Numbered from the stretch's first letter, positions 1 through 12,499 are shown. The stretch: 64,000 bases of DNA from Octopus vulgaris (GCA_951406725.2 OX597818.1:59210001-59274000); one strand, 5' to 3'. Translations and numbers: made by a program. The notes: generated from the letters alone by a model not told the origin.

Positions 1-249
1 AGCTACATATAGCATTAAATTAAGCAGAAATGCTTAGAATGAATTCGATTTAATCAAAGTATATCGTATAGATAATCCATTTACGCAGAATGGAGGCTCA
101 TTTTATTTGGGGATATAAAAATCAACGATAATTAATGGGCTTAGCAGCATTAGGGTGGTTTAATTATGATTATAGGTAATGTAAAGTATGTGAAGGCAAT
201 TAGTGGTTGAGGATATAACGGTCGATAATTAAAAATAAGCTAAATCGGA

Positions 250-503
250 ATATTCTTTTCTACTCTAGGCCCGAATTTTGGGGGGAGAGTGCCAGTCGAT
301 TAGATCGACTCCAGTACGTAACTGGTACTTAATTTGTCGCCCCCGAAAGGATGAAAGTGGACACAGAAGTTAAAGGCAGACGAAATACCTATTTCTTATT
401 TAAAGGACCCCGAAAGGATGAAAGGCAAAGTCCACCTCGGCGGAATTTGAACTCAGAACGTAGCGGCAGACGAAATACCGCTAAGCATTTCGCCCGGCAG
501 GCT
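250..503 (-). mobile_element. SINE family B (tRNA-derived), partly duplicated copy
   Basis: Reverse complement of the family-B body (gttctgagttcaaattccgccgagg, gcctttcatcctttcggg) seen many times in this window. Confidence 0.85.
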
Positions 504-844
504 AAACTTTTTGTCATCTCGCAATACATGATATATTATTAATGTAGCTGAAAGGATTTGAAACCAGATTACAAAGTTTATATCTACACAGAAACAAAAT
601 ATATAGCTTATGTACATTCTATGTGTTGGCTAAACATTATTTTATTTCATTAGTAATTAGACGTGAAAAAAAAAAAGTTATTAGCAAAAAGAATATATTT
701 TCGTTATAAGCGCCAACAATTTATCCCCATTATAAATTTAGCAGAATTCATCTCGGAGTTAATACTATTTTTTTTTTTCATTTAAAACCGACAAATCAAT
801 GATTATACGTTACACTTTCACTCTGCCATTTTCTGTGTGCTCAC

Positions 845-867
845 GTATACATACATACATACATACA

Positions 868-898
<31 letters not shown>

Positions 899-1066
899 GT
901 AAATACATACCGATGTGTATAATGTTTGCACATACAAATAGATGCATACGTTTATATGTAAGTGTGCATATATATTTATATATATATGTATATATATGTC
1001 TATTTATGTATATATGTATTTATATATATGTTTATACATATACATATATATTTATGTATATATATG
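845..1066. repeat. (TACA)n and degenerate (TA)n microsatellite
   Basis: Direct tandem repeats. Confidence 0.9.
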
Positions 1067-1434
1067 TAGTGGGTGAGGGGAAGGTTAATTGAAAGAATCA
1101 AGAGAGAAGCTGCCATGTCCTGCAGAATCAAAACCAAATAGAAATTGCTAATTGAATAATTTAATCAGACATACTTCATTGTAACACCAGCTATAAATTC
1201 TCAAGAATTAATTCGTTGCAAAAATATATACAAAGAATTTGATTTTAAACGAGGACAATTGGCGCCTAATCTGAATCTTCGAAAAACACTATTAATGGCA
1301 AATGAATGCTTCATTCGGATACTTCCGTGTGTGTCAGGTATGAGCGTTTTAGAGTATTTTTTTTCATTTTATCAAATTTATAAAACAATTTCCGAGAGAG
1401 ATTACATCGCATTGCGCATATATCCATTCCACAT

Positions 1435-1561
<127 letters not shown>

Positions 1562-1607
1562 GATTAATCATATATATATACATATGTGCGTGTGTGTATG
1601 TATATAA

Positions 1608-2009
1608 GCGCAGGAGTGGTTGTGTGGTATGTTGCTTGTTTATCAACCACACGGTTCAAGGTTCAGTCCCACTGCGTGGCATCTTGGGCAAGTGTCTTCT
1701 ACTTTAACCTCAGGTCAGGCAAAATCTTGGGAGTGGATTTGGTAGACGGAAACTGAAAGAAGCCCGTCGAATATGTATATATAAATATATATATATATAT
1801 GTGTGCGTGTGTGTGTGTGAGTGTCTGTGTTTGTCCCCCAATATCGCTTGAAAACCGATGTGTTTCTGTCCCTGTAACTTACCGGTTCTGCAAAAAGGCT
1901 GTTAAAATAAGTGCTAGGCTTACAAAGAATAAGTCCTGGAGTCGATTTGTTCGACAAAAGGCGGTGCTCCCGCATGGCCGCAGAAAAATGACTGAAACAA
2001 GTAAAAGAA
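1608..2009 (+). mobile_element. SINE family A (tRNA head, CORE-like central motif, internal (TA)n(TG)n)
   Basis: Pol III A/B-box-like head (gagtggttgtgtgg; ggttcagtccc), CORE-like tcttgggcaagtg, tail gcatggccgcag..tgactgaaacaagtaaaaga; more than 10 copies in the window. Confidence 0.9.
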
Positions 2010-2080
2010 TATATGTATATATGTATATATATATACACATATGTAGTTATGTATATGTATATATATATATATATATATAT

Positions 2081-2624
2081 CAGAGAAGCTACACAAAGAA
2101 AATCGTCTCAATGCAAAATGTCAGCTACTGGGAAAGACTGAAGGTATTAAACCTCTTCTCCCTGGAGCGGAGGCGGGAGAGATATGCAGTGATATACATC
2201 TGGAAAATCCTGGAGGGTCTTGTCCCAAACTTTGGCATTCAAAGTTACTCCAACCGCAGAACGGGCGCCGCTGCGTGGTGCCAAGGATTCCAACATCACC
2301 ATCAAAATACAGGTCCAGATACTGCAACAGCTTGGGTTTCAGAGGACCACAGCTCTTTAACATCCTCCCTAAATGCCTGAGAGACTTACATGGTGTGGAT
2401 GTGGGTTTCTTTAAAACTAAACTGGATCTCTTCTTGTTGGGAGTCCCAGATGAACCTACCTCACGACAGGAGACACGGATGCGGGCAGCAGCATCGAACT
2501 CCCTTGTTGATCAAGTGCCACGTATCAGAGGTGGATTCACAAACTAGTGTAGCTCATTCAGCGGTGGTGCCCCAGCATGGCCGCGGCCTTCGGGCTAAAA
2601 CATTTTTAAGGATTTAAGGATTTA
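2081..2624 (+). mobile_element. CR1/L2-group LINE, 5'-truncated ORF2 C-terminus plus 3' UTR
   Basis: SYWERLKVLNLFSLERRRERYAVIYIWKILEGLVPN, frameshift, then GPQLFNILPKCLRD..FKTKLDLFL..VPDEP; ends in a (AGGATTTA)n tail. Confidence 0.85.
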
Positions 2625-2725
2625 TATATATATATATATATACATATGTATGTATATATGCATGTATGCATATATGTATGTATATATCTACATATGCATA
2701 TATTTATGTATGCATGTATATATAT

Positions 2726-2931
2726 ATATATGCAAATAAAGGGAAAGTTTACAAAAATAAACAAAAGACGAAGGCAGGTGGTGTACAAAACAAACAGATG
2801 TATTAGTATAACGCTCAGGAATAGAAAAAGTATTTTACGTTTCGAGCCTACGCTCTTCTACAGTAAGATACACAGAAAAAAATAACAAGGAGAGAAAAAA
2901 ATGTATGTAGTAGCTAACGATCTATCATGGC
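2726..2931 (-). mobile_element. Penelope-like terminal repeat fragment with hammerhead-like motif (2830-2869)
   Basis: Second copy at 10060-10260(+); minus strand reads CTGTAGA-a-gagc-gtag-gctc-GAAA-cg-TA; abuts (TA)n. Confidence 0.65.
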
Positions 2932-3329
2932 GTCTGCATATATGTGGATACATATATGTATATGCATGTATGTATAAATGTGTGCGTGTATGCTATGCTA
3001 GTTTTTGTAAATGCGTAGAGATATGGGGCTAACATGGCTGAGTGGTTAAAAAGAGATTTTTCAATGTAAAAACGTGGTTGTTCAGTTTTTTCCATGACCA
3101 GCAATTTAGTCAACTAACCCCTACTATAATAACAGCCTGGAAACTAATTTGCTCTCAGTGAGATTTAGAGACACGAATATTGTGGAGGTCCCTGGTTTCT
3201 CTGCCTCCCATTCAGTGTGTGTATATGTGAGAGAGAAAGATGGAGTCAGAGAGAAAGTAAAATTGAGAGTATGAGAGTGAGAGATGGCGAGAGACAACCG
3301 GTGTTTGATTATATTCCAGTTAATTAGCG

Positions 3330-3507
3330 GCCCAGCGAAATGCTTAGCGGTATTTCGTCTGCCGCTACATTCTGAGTTCAAATTCCGCCGAGGTCGACTT
3401 TGCCTTTCATCCTTTCGGGGTTGATTAAATAAGTACCAGTTACGCACTGGAGTCGATATAATCGACTTAATCTTTTTGTCTGTTCTTGTTTGTCCTCTCT
3501 GTGTTTA
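3330..3507 (+). mobile_element. SINE family B, 5'-truncated
   Basis: Matches the other family-B copies. Confidence 0.85.
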
Positions 3508-3550
3508 CGATAGGGTAAGGATAGGGTAAGGATCAGAGTTCAAATAGATA

Positions 3551-3788
3551 CAGCAACCCCTCACCATATCGCGGTTCTCCTAACGCGGTTCACCAGTCGC
3601 AGTTTATTATTTAAGCTTACGTCGTTTCCCCTGTTGCGTTGTCTAGCATTTATAATAAAATTTATACGTACAAATTTTTAAAATAATAAAAAAAAATATA
3701 TAGTATAGAACGTTTCTACGTCGCGGAGTTTCACCTATTACGGGCTTGGGGTTGGAACGTAACACCCGCGATAATCGGGGGATTACTG
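3551..3788. mobile_element. Tc1/mariner (pogo/Tigger-like) MITE
   Basis: TA|cagcaacccctcaccatatcgcgg ... ccgcgataatcgggggattactg|TA: imperfect ~24-bp TIRs with TA duplication. Confidence 0.75.
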
Positions 3789-4058
3789 TAAAACGCTTTG
3801 AGTCCACTTGTTTCGCTAAAACCTTCAAGCTGTATATATTTTATCCTGGATAGGTTTTAACTAAGTAACAATGCTTGTTTTGATCCAGAATTTGGGGGAG
3901 AATTCTTTCATTTGTGTAGATAAAGACTAAATCGTCCGTGCCAATGATTCCAAAGTCAAATTTTACGTCTCCTGTTGTTATTTAGTCTAATTGTAGGGTT
4001 TTTCAACTGACCAACATTGCTTCCACCATCCCGTAGTAATATTCCGATTTAGCTTCAA

Positions 4059-4271
4059 GGCGGCGAGCTGGCAGAATCGTTAGCATGCCGAGCGAAATGC
4101 TTAGCAGTATTTTGACTGCCGCTACGTTCTGAGTTCAAATTCCGCCGTTCTCGACTTTGCCTTTCATCCTTTCTGGGTTGATAAATTATGTACTAGTTGC
4201 ATACTGAGGTCAATCTAATTGACTGTCCCCCACCCCTAAAATTTCGGGCCTTGTGCCTAGAGTAGAAAAGA
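4059..4271 (+). mobile_element. SINE family B, full head, alternative tail
   Basis: ggcggcgagctggcagaa head; tail gggccttgtgcctagagtagaaaag. Confidence 0.85.
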
Positions 4272-4289
4272 TTATGTGTAGCTCTGATT

Positions 4290-4891
4290 TTGAATTTTAA
4301 TCAGCTGTCACGCAAATAAGTGAACTGAACTGAATTTTGGATCAGATTAACGGAGTAAGTATGTGACGCCTTTTGGTAGAAAAAAAGGAGTGCTGAACAA
4401 AATTTGAAAAATAGATTTTTTTTTACATCTTGGAAGCAATTTTTGAAACACGCTTTCATCCACACAGACACATAAAGTGGCTTCTCCTCCGTCACGGAAG
4501 AGGGCCAATCATTCTTCTTGACAATCCTCGACCACACGTTTCACTAATGGCGCTCCAGAAGTTAAGGGAACTTAGCTAGGAAGATTTTCACCATCCAGTT
4601 TATTCCCCAAACATTTCTCCTATCGACTACCACTTTTTCAAGCACCTTGATGATTTTCTGCGAGAAAAGAACTTCAGAAGTCAAACCAATGCTGAAAGTG
4701 CGTTCAAAGAGTTCATCAGCTCCAGAACTCCAGAATGTTATGTTACCCGAATAAACAAACTTGTAACTCGTTGGCAAAAATGTGTTTATTATAATGGTAC
4801 CTACTTGCTTAGTTAAATAAAATTTTCAAAGTGTTGAAATATACGGTGATGAATTTCCTGTCTGAAACCGTCGCCTACTTTTTACTCAACC

Positions 4892-4895
<4 letters not shown>
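4290..4895 (+). pseudogene. Degraded mariner (DD34D-type) transposase relic
   Basis: Decayed DNPRPH..HPVYSPNISPIDYHFFKHLDDFL, matching the mariner YSPDLAPxDY motif; terminal ctactttttactcaacctga. Confidence 0.75.
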
Positions 4896-4962
<67 letters not shown>

Positions 4963-4970
4963 TAAATATA

Positions 4971-5002
<32 letters not shown>

Positions 5003-5104
5003 CAGTGTGTGTGTATATATTCAGGTTGACTTGGGACACTGGAAGTATGTACATGTGTGTTTACGTTTGCGTGTGTCTGCGTATGCGTGTGTACCTCTAT
5101 ATAT

Positions 5105-5144
<40 letters not shown>

Positions 5145-5547
5145 ATGTATACCACTGTGGTTTGTGCATGCGTGCGTGTTTATGTATACGCGTATGTGAT
5201 TATGTATTCGTCAGTGTCAGTGTATGCCTGTGTGTATGTGTGTATATACGCGTTCGTTCATTTGTATTCGCCGGTATTTTTGCATTATTTTCTTCATTTT
5301 ATTGATTACCGTATTAATTGCTTGTGACAATATATTTATTTCTGTATAATTATAAAAGTATACGTGTATAATTATTATAGGAGCTAATTACCGTATATAA
5401 ACGTTAAAGTTCATACATAATTTAATGGATATTTCGATTATTCTAGCTCTGTTGTATACTATATTTAAAATCTTTAGAAAACACATAATTTTCTTTATTT
5501 CCAATGGTTTAGCAAAACATAGTTTCCTGTATCACATCTCGTATCTG

Positions 5548-5778
5548 TTTTTTTATTACCCGCAAGGGGCTAAACATAGAAGGGACAAACAAGGACAGAC
5601 AAACGGATTAAGTCGATTACATCAACCCCAGTGCATAACTGTTACTTAATTTATCGACCCCGAAAGGATGAAAGGCAAAGTCGACCTCGGCGGAATTTGA
5701 ACTCAGAACGTAACGGCAGACGAAATACGGCTACGCATTTCGCCCGGCGTGCTTATGTCTCTGCCAGCTCACCACCTT
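5548..5778 (-). mobile_element. SINE family B with long target-site duplication
   Basis: Full copy flanked on both sides by tgtatcacatctcgtatc. Confidence 0.9.
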
Positions 5779-6240
5779 TCTTGTATCACATCTCGTATCG
5801 TCTCTTACAAACGCAGATAACTCATTCTCTAATCTGTGTCTCATGGACTCTGACCGTTGCAGAATTTGATCTCAGAACACAAAGACGAATAAAATATTGT
5901 TCGACGCGCTAACGATCCTCCCAGATCGTCGCTTTATGAAACATTAATATTGGTCTCAAATTTTGTAAGCAGTCAGTGTTTCGGTAGATGGGATACGTTA
6001 AGCACATCGATCCTATTCTCGAATGGAACTGGGGTTTTCGACGCCGAAAAGATGACATCCAAAAGAAGACATCGGCAGAATTGAAGTCAGAATGTAAAGA
6101 CGGATGGAATGCTGTTAAGTACATAGCCTGGTATGCTAAACATTCGGCGAACTCACTACATTATGAAACAATAATATAGAAAACCAAGTTTGTTATATAA
6201 TTCGGAGTACTTGGCGGTTTTTGCAACCTCTTTACTCACA

Positions 6241-6475
6241 ACATCATCATCATTGTTCGACCGTGGTCGAGGCAATGGAATTTACTATGTTACGCCAGAC
6301 TTCACGGTCCATCATAGCATTACAGAGGTCCTGTTGCTGGATGCCTGTATCCCTGGAGATTACATCAGGGTAGGAGAGTGACACGCCCTCTGGTATCGCG
6401 AGCAGAAGGCTTCCAGAGGAGAAGAGTAGAAATTATCTCGTTTTCAGCTCTACAACAATGTCCAGCAAACTGAAC
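6241..6475 (-). mobile_element. RTE-clade LINE 3' end
   Basis: Minus strand QFAGHCCRAENEIISTLLLWKP..(frameshift)YPDVISRDTG..AMMDREVWR; (GAT)n tail. Confidence 0.75.
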
Positions 6476-6479
6476 TCTT

Positions 6480-7110
6480 CTACCTTTCACATTCATGTCA
6501 TTTGGTATGGCTACATCAACGATCTGACAGTATTTTTCTCTCTTACTCAATATAACAATATCCAGCCTACGGTGTTTGAATATACGATCCATCTGAAAAT
6601 CGTAGTCCCAGAGTGTTGTTACTTATACATCTTCCTGCCCGGTACTACGCTCTTCCAATTTGGGTATTTTAAATCCTTTTATATAATCATTACCGTAGTT
6701 GGACTACTATATTTCTTCGCCTATCCTCGATTTCATGCAGTCCCTCCGCTTCATCAGCATGCTCTACAGCTGGGTCCTAGATTCCTCTCCAGAATGTTTT
6801 GCATTGCTCTGTATCTGTTATAATTGTTACGTTTCTTCTGATTTACTACAAACAATCTGTTTTGCTTGAACTGAATCCTATTGTCATATCTTTCCAGTTT
6901 CACTTTGATTGTTCCAACTCTTTCTTTCAATTCTTCCAATATCACATCACAACATTTCTCTCTTATTCTCTTTGTTCTTTCAAGCTTTATTCTTATGCTT
7001 TCATTCTGCAATTCCCCTCTTCTCAATCTATCAACTTTTCCTAAATGTCTATTTAACATTGCCTATCTCAGTATGACCCTTTACCATCTAGTTGTTTTTT
7101 TTTCTTTTGT
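6480..7110 (-). pseudogene. R4/Dong-like (RLE-type) non-LTR retrotransposon, internally deleted relic
   Basis: HRRLDIVILSKREKYCQIVDVAIPND (PD..D nuclease) and KLERYDNRIQFKQNRLF N-terminal segment. Confidence 0.7.
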
Positions 7111-7149
7111 GGTTGTTATTAACATTATAATTAAAATCATTATTGTTGT

Positions 7150-8010
7150 TGTTGTTGCCTTTGCACAGCTTCTAACGTAGGAGATGTACTACAGTGTCAG
7201 CTGTTCAGTGCCACTAAACTAAGGTAACACCTCTTATTTTTCGAGCACCTTCCAGAGTCTTCGAGCGGTTCCAAGCAGTGCTGTTTTCTGCAAGTGCTCC
7301 ACCCTTATTGCAGACCCTATTTGTTCCGTGTACTTCTCGAGATTTTTTCTCAGTGTTCCCAGGGCTCCGACAATTATTGGTACTACCACTACATTTTTCA
7401 TCAACCGCAACTGCTTAATTTCCCAAGCTAACCTGTCATATCTCTCGACTTTTCTTCTTTCATATCGCATAACTTGTCAGCTGGGCATGCTCTATCTATG
7501 TTCCAGCATAGTTTATTTTCTTTCTCAAGTTTATATTTGGTTTCCTATTCTCTATCTCATGGTCGCACTGAATCATAAAATCCCATAGCATCTTTGCATT
7601 TCTATTTTCGACAACACCTTCAGGATTGTGGTCGTACCAATTTTTTGGTCTGTCATGTCCATACCTGTTGCAAAGTGACGAATGTATAAGCCTAGCTATT
7701 TTGTTGTGGCGTTTCTTATATTCCTTCTGGGCTAGTGGCGTACATTGGTTGGTACTATGCCATACGGTTGGTACTATGCCATTTTGTCCACAGATTCTTC
7801 ACTCAATACTTTCTGATGTGTTGTCTATTCTGTATTTTATGTAGTTTGTTCTTAGTACTTACTCTTGAGCAGCACAGTTTTCGGTTTTAAATCACTTTTA
7901 GTCATCCACAGCCATCTTTTTTTCTCTATCTGTCTTCTTCAACATCCCTATGAAATTCACCATGCATTCTTTTCTTTACCCACCAATTTTCTGCTTCAAT
8001 CGTTTTCAAT
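7150..8010 (-). pseudogene. R4/Dong-like retrotransposon 3' part (CCHC plus restriction-like endonuclease)
   Basis: CRICG..QCTPLAQKEYKKRHNKIA and VVVPIIVGALGT..HLQKTALLGTARRLWKVL; flanked by AAT/AAC-type triplet repeats. Confidence 0.8.
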
Positions 8011-8054
8011 TTATTGTATAGTGCTTTATCTGTGCAAAGCAATATTGCAAATAT

Positions 8055-8373
8055 AGATTATTATTGTTGTTATTGTTATTATTTTTATTTTTATTTTTAT
8101 TATTATTGTGGTTGTTGTTGTTGTTTTTGTTGTTGTTGGTGTTGTTGTTGTTGTTGTTATTATTTTTATCATCATTATTGATATTATTATCATCACCGTT
8201 ATTATTTTTATTATCATTCTTATTGTTATTATTATTATTATCATTCTTATTGTTATTATTATTGTCATTATTATTGTTGTTGTTGTTGCTGTTATTATTT
8301 TTATTATCATTATTATTATTATCATCATCGTTATTATTTTTATTATCATTATTATTATTATTATTATTATTAT

Positions 8374-8434
<61 letters not shown>

Positions 8435-8441
8435 TGTAGCT

Positions 8442-8491
<50 letters not shown>
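8055..8491. repeat. Compound triplet microsatellite (TTA/TTG/TCA)n(TAG)n
   Basis: Direct tandem repeats. Confidence 0.95.
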
Positions 8492-8492
<1 letters not shown>

Positions 8493-8994
8493 AAATATAC
8501 AAACCTATGTACATGCATTACTAAGATAAATAAGAAAGGAATAGATTTTGTTAACGTAATTGATATGAAAGGCAGTCGCATCTCTTTCGAAATTAGTTCA
8601 ATTATCTGAAGCAATTATGATACTCTAAAAGAACAATATTGTAGAAGATTATTTTTGTGCCATTCTTGTCTTTTGTCTATATTGATCAACCGATTACTTT
8701 TTTTATGCTTCTTTATGAAAACCATTTGAAATTACTTCCATGATATTAATTCTCAGGTCCAACAAGATACATACATATGTGTATGTGTGTGTATGCGCGT
8801 GTGCATGTGCGTGTGTTTCTCTGTGTATGTATGTGTGTGTGTGTATGTGTGTGTGTATTGAGAGCTAGCTAATTAGATAACGTTTGAAGACAAATTGCAT
8901 AATCGAATTTTGCATTCCTGCTTTCCGAAGAAAATTATGTATTTCGTAATAATTTCTCTAAGTTCCATGCTCTTTCCCTCTTGCTTGCTTCCAT

Positions 8995-8997
<3 letters not shown>

Positions 8998-9066
<69 letters not shown>

Positions 9067-9114
9067 ATATAATCTGCATATATATTCTTCACATTTAAAA
9101 TATACCTATATGTA

Positions 9115-9210
<96 letters not shown>

Positions 9211-9294
9211 GCGTGTGTGTACATATTTACGTGTATATATGTTTATATGTATCATGTAACTATATGTGTATGTATGTATGTATATACATACATA

Positions 9295-9345
<51 letters not shown>
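8998..9345. repeat. (CT)n and (TA)n microsatellites
   Basis: Direct tandem repeats. Confidence 0.95.
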
Positions 9346-9348
<3 letters not shown>

Positions 9349-9459
9349 GCGTGAGTCTGTAGGGTATAATACAATTTCCAGCTTGCACAACACATTCTCT
9401 CGTAATCCTCTTTTCAAAATTCACTCCACAGTAAATTTCTAGACTTACTTCCTCTCCAG

Positions 9460-9543
9460 TGAACCGGAAGTAGTAGAAGTTGCTGGGAAGGTAAAGCTAA
9501 TTCGGTTGTCCTCTCATGACCCTTTCACGTTTAGATCTGTCAG
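9460..9543 (+). CDS. Candidate internal coding exon of an unidentified host gene (84 nt, phase 2/2)
   Basis: Acceptor cttacttcctctccAG, donor agGTAAGT; only one frame is open: EPEVVEVAGKVKLIRLSSHDPFTFRSV; no repeat copy recognised in the window. Confidence 0.45.
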
Positions 9544-10059
9544 GTAAGTTTTTACATGCATATGAATTGCACATCACATGCACACCTATGAACATAGCCA
9601 TACAATTCACACTCATGTATCAAAATACCCAATGTGCTTATATTCTTAAGCAAGTGCTTTCTCCAGACACAAGGATAGTGGTGTAGGTACATACACATAA
9701 ATTTGCATTTTAGTTGTTTCTGCATTTGACAGCAGCTATGCCAAGACACCATTTTGAAATGCTGAAGAGTACTGATGCAGTTGCATGGTCTCGTTGTAAA
9801 GAAATATAAATAAGCCAGCAACGGCCGTTAAGCGGAGTTGGAGAACAATTTTACAGTCACACAGCGATATGTATAGGACGAACGTCTTTCAGCTTCCGTC
9901 TACCAAATAAACTCTGGTTTTCGTCGGCCAGATTCTACAGTTGAAAATAATTCCCTAAGGTCCTGATCAACGAGAGAGTTTATCCACACAGCCACGTTTC
10001 AAGTGACGATGTGCTCATTAAAGTGAATCTATATATACATACATACATACATATATATA

Positions 10060-10260
10060 TCGCCATGATAGATCGTTAGCCACTACACATATTATTTTTC
10101 TCTCCTTGTTTTTTTTTGTTTCTGTGTCCCTTCTGTAGAAGAGCGTAGGCTCGAAACGTAAAAGACTTTTTCTATTCCCGAGCATTATACTAATACATCT
10201 GTTTGTTTTGTACACCATCTGTCTTTGTCTGTTGTTGTTTTTTTTCATAAACTCTCACTA
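10060..10260 (+). mobile_element. Penelope-like terminal repeat fragment (same family as 2726-2931) with hammerhead-like motif at 10126-10166
   Basis: High similarity to the reverse complement of 2726-2931; 3' end runs into (TA)n. Confidence 0.65.
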
Positions 10261-10383
<123 letters not shown>

Positions 10384-10428
10384 ACTCAATACATAGCAGA
10401 GTAAAATTAATTTATTATATAGAAGGAG

Positions 10429-10475
10429 CTTCTACAGGACTAGAACTGTTTCATTCAAGAGAAATCTTCAGGAAG
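10429..10475 (-). ncRNA. Minimal type I hammerhead ribozyme motif
   Basis: Minus: cttc-CTGAAGA-tttc-tctt-gaat-GAAA-cag-ttctagtc-ctg-TA-gaag; stems I and III paired, GUA site. Confidence 0.7.
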
Positions 10476-10544
10476 ATTTACTGTGGTTAACCCCGAATCA
10501 ACCCGGGACCTACATATATATATGTAGGACACGTCAAAAAAGAA

Positions 10545-10762
10545 ACTGACCACACAAAATTCAAGAAGTCTTTGGACAAATTCCTTCAAACAGTACCGGA
10601 CAAACCATCCACACCCGGATATGTCTCCGCAAACAATAACTCTCTGCTCGAATGGGCCTTGGTGCCCAAATCCTGAACTGAAAGACTTCGCCAGGTGGTG
10701 CTATTAAGTTAGACATGGCCTGGGCCAATACTGGCCAAAAACCTTTCTAAGTTATTCTAAGT
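10545..10762 (+). mobile_element. CR1-like LINE 3' end, second family
   Basis: FKKSLDKFLQTVPDKPSTPGYVSANNNSLLEW*; second copy at 46843-47051. Confidence 0.75.
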
Positions 10763-11053
<291 letters not shown>

Positions 11054-12099
11054 GCGTCTTGAATGTACGCATGTTTATACGTGAAAGCTTCCGCATATTT
11101 TCCAAGTATGAGTGTGTCTACATTAGAGTACAGACATAGATGCCAATTGTCAGAGACGGTACAGTGTTCTAAAAGAAGCCTTCCCTCATTCCTTTCTTTT
11201 GGGTTTGATGAAAATTGTACCAATACAATGCGATATACAGTTAACTTATTTGCTTTGCACTAATTATTCCGACTTTTAACACATTAGCATATTTCAATGG
11301 TTGATATAAACGTTTGTCGTGTTTACCAACATCATCTGACGTCATAGTTACTTCCAGTGGATTACACAATGTCGCAAGCAATCTAGCCAGGTCACCTGAT
11401 TCAGGATACCTTCGTCCCTCCACACACGCCTCAGAGGATTTGTATCGGGTGTTTGACAGTGGTTTCTATGTGTGAAGAAAATATACGCAGTTTCGTTGGT
11501 GACTATGTATAGGAGAAATTTGAATAAAAAGTTTCTGATGTACAGTTATGTTCATCTGCATAACTACTGCGCTCTCGTATACACTATCTCGTGTATACAA
11601 TTAAACGTATTTCTACATTAAAAATGCGAATACACTTACACATATGTACACGGAGCAAACATTTATTTTTCAACGTTAAAGATTGACAATAGAATGCAGA
11701 GTAAAGATTGAATTAGCATTTACGTTCTTGCTTAGAAAATTCAGATTTTGGGTCTGAGTATCAATAAAGAAAAAATAAATCACTTAGATTTTCAACATTG
11801 CTTCTACCATTATTAACATGCATGGTGTCATTAAAAATACTACTGTTCGAGATTTTCCTTAATTTAGAATTCTCGTATTTTCTTACCCGGCCTTTGCAAA
11901 TATTTTGGAACAATTAGTCACCTAAATCCATAATCGCCATTTCCAGAGTTTCGAAATCACATTTTCAAAATTAGCGGAATTGGCATTTACGTTGTTTCTT
12001 GCATACAAGCAATTACAATTAAACTTTTCTACGAAATTATTTTAGACTGAAAAGCTTCCACCTCTGTAGTCATATCCTACTTCGCTTTGCTGTGGTCAA

Positions 12100-12133
<34 letters not shown>

Positions 12134-12134
12134 G

Positions 12135-12170
12135 TGTCCGACGAACGGGAACGTGAAACTCAGAGTAACA
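12135..12170 (+). ncRNA. Minimal type I hammerhead motif (U4C variant) in a Penelope-like fragment at 12131-12275
   Basis: tgt-CCGACGA-acg-ggaa-cgt-GAAA-ctcagag-TA-aca; three stems paired. Confidence 0.65.
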
Positions 12171-12272
12171 GGTTTTGTTGAATTTCTGCTGCTTTAAATA
12201 AAGTATATTACTCTACCCCTGGTATTTGAGTACTCTTTTTTCCACCTTGTTTCACATTTATGTGTTTACTCC

Positions 12273-12310
<38 letters not shown>

Positions 12311-12311
<1 letters not shown>

Positions 12312-12443
12312 TTCTTTATTGCCCACAAGGAGCTAAACACAGAGGGGACAAAGAAGGACAGACAAACATATTAAGTCGATTACATCGACCCCAGTGCGTG
12401 ACTGGTACTTTATTTATCGACCCCGAAAGGATGAAAGGCAAAG
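12311..12443 (-). mobile_element. SINE family B 3' fragment
   Basis: Matches the family-B tail. Confidence 0.8.
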
Positions 12444-12499
12444 TGGTTACGTAAAAGAGCACAGATACTACGGCCATTTACCATATTTACTTAAACTGT

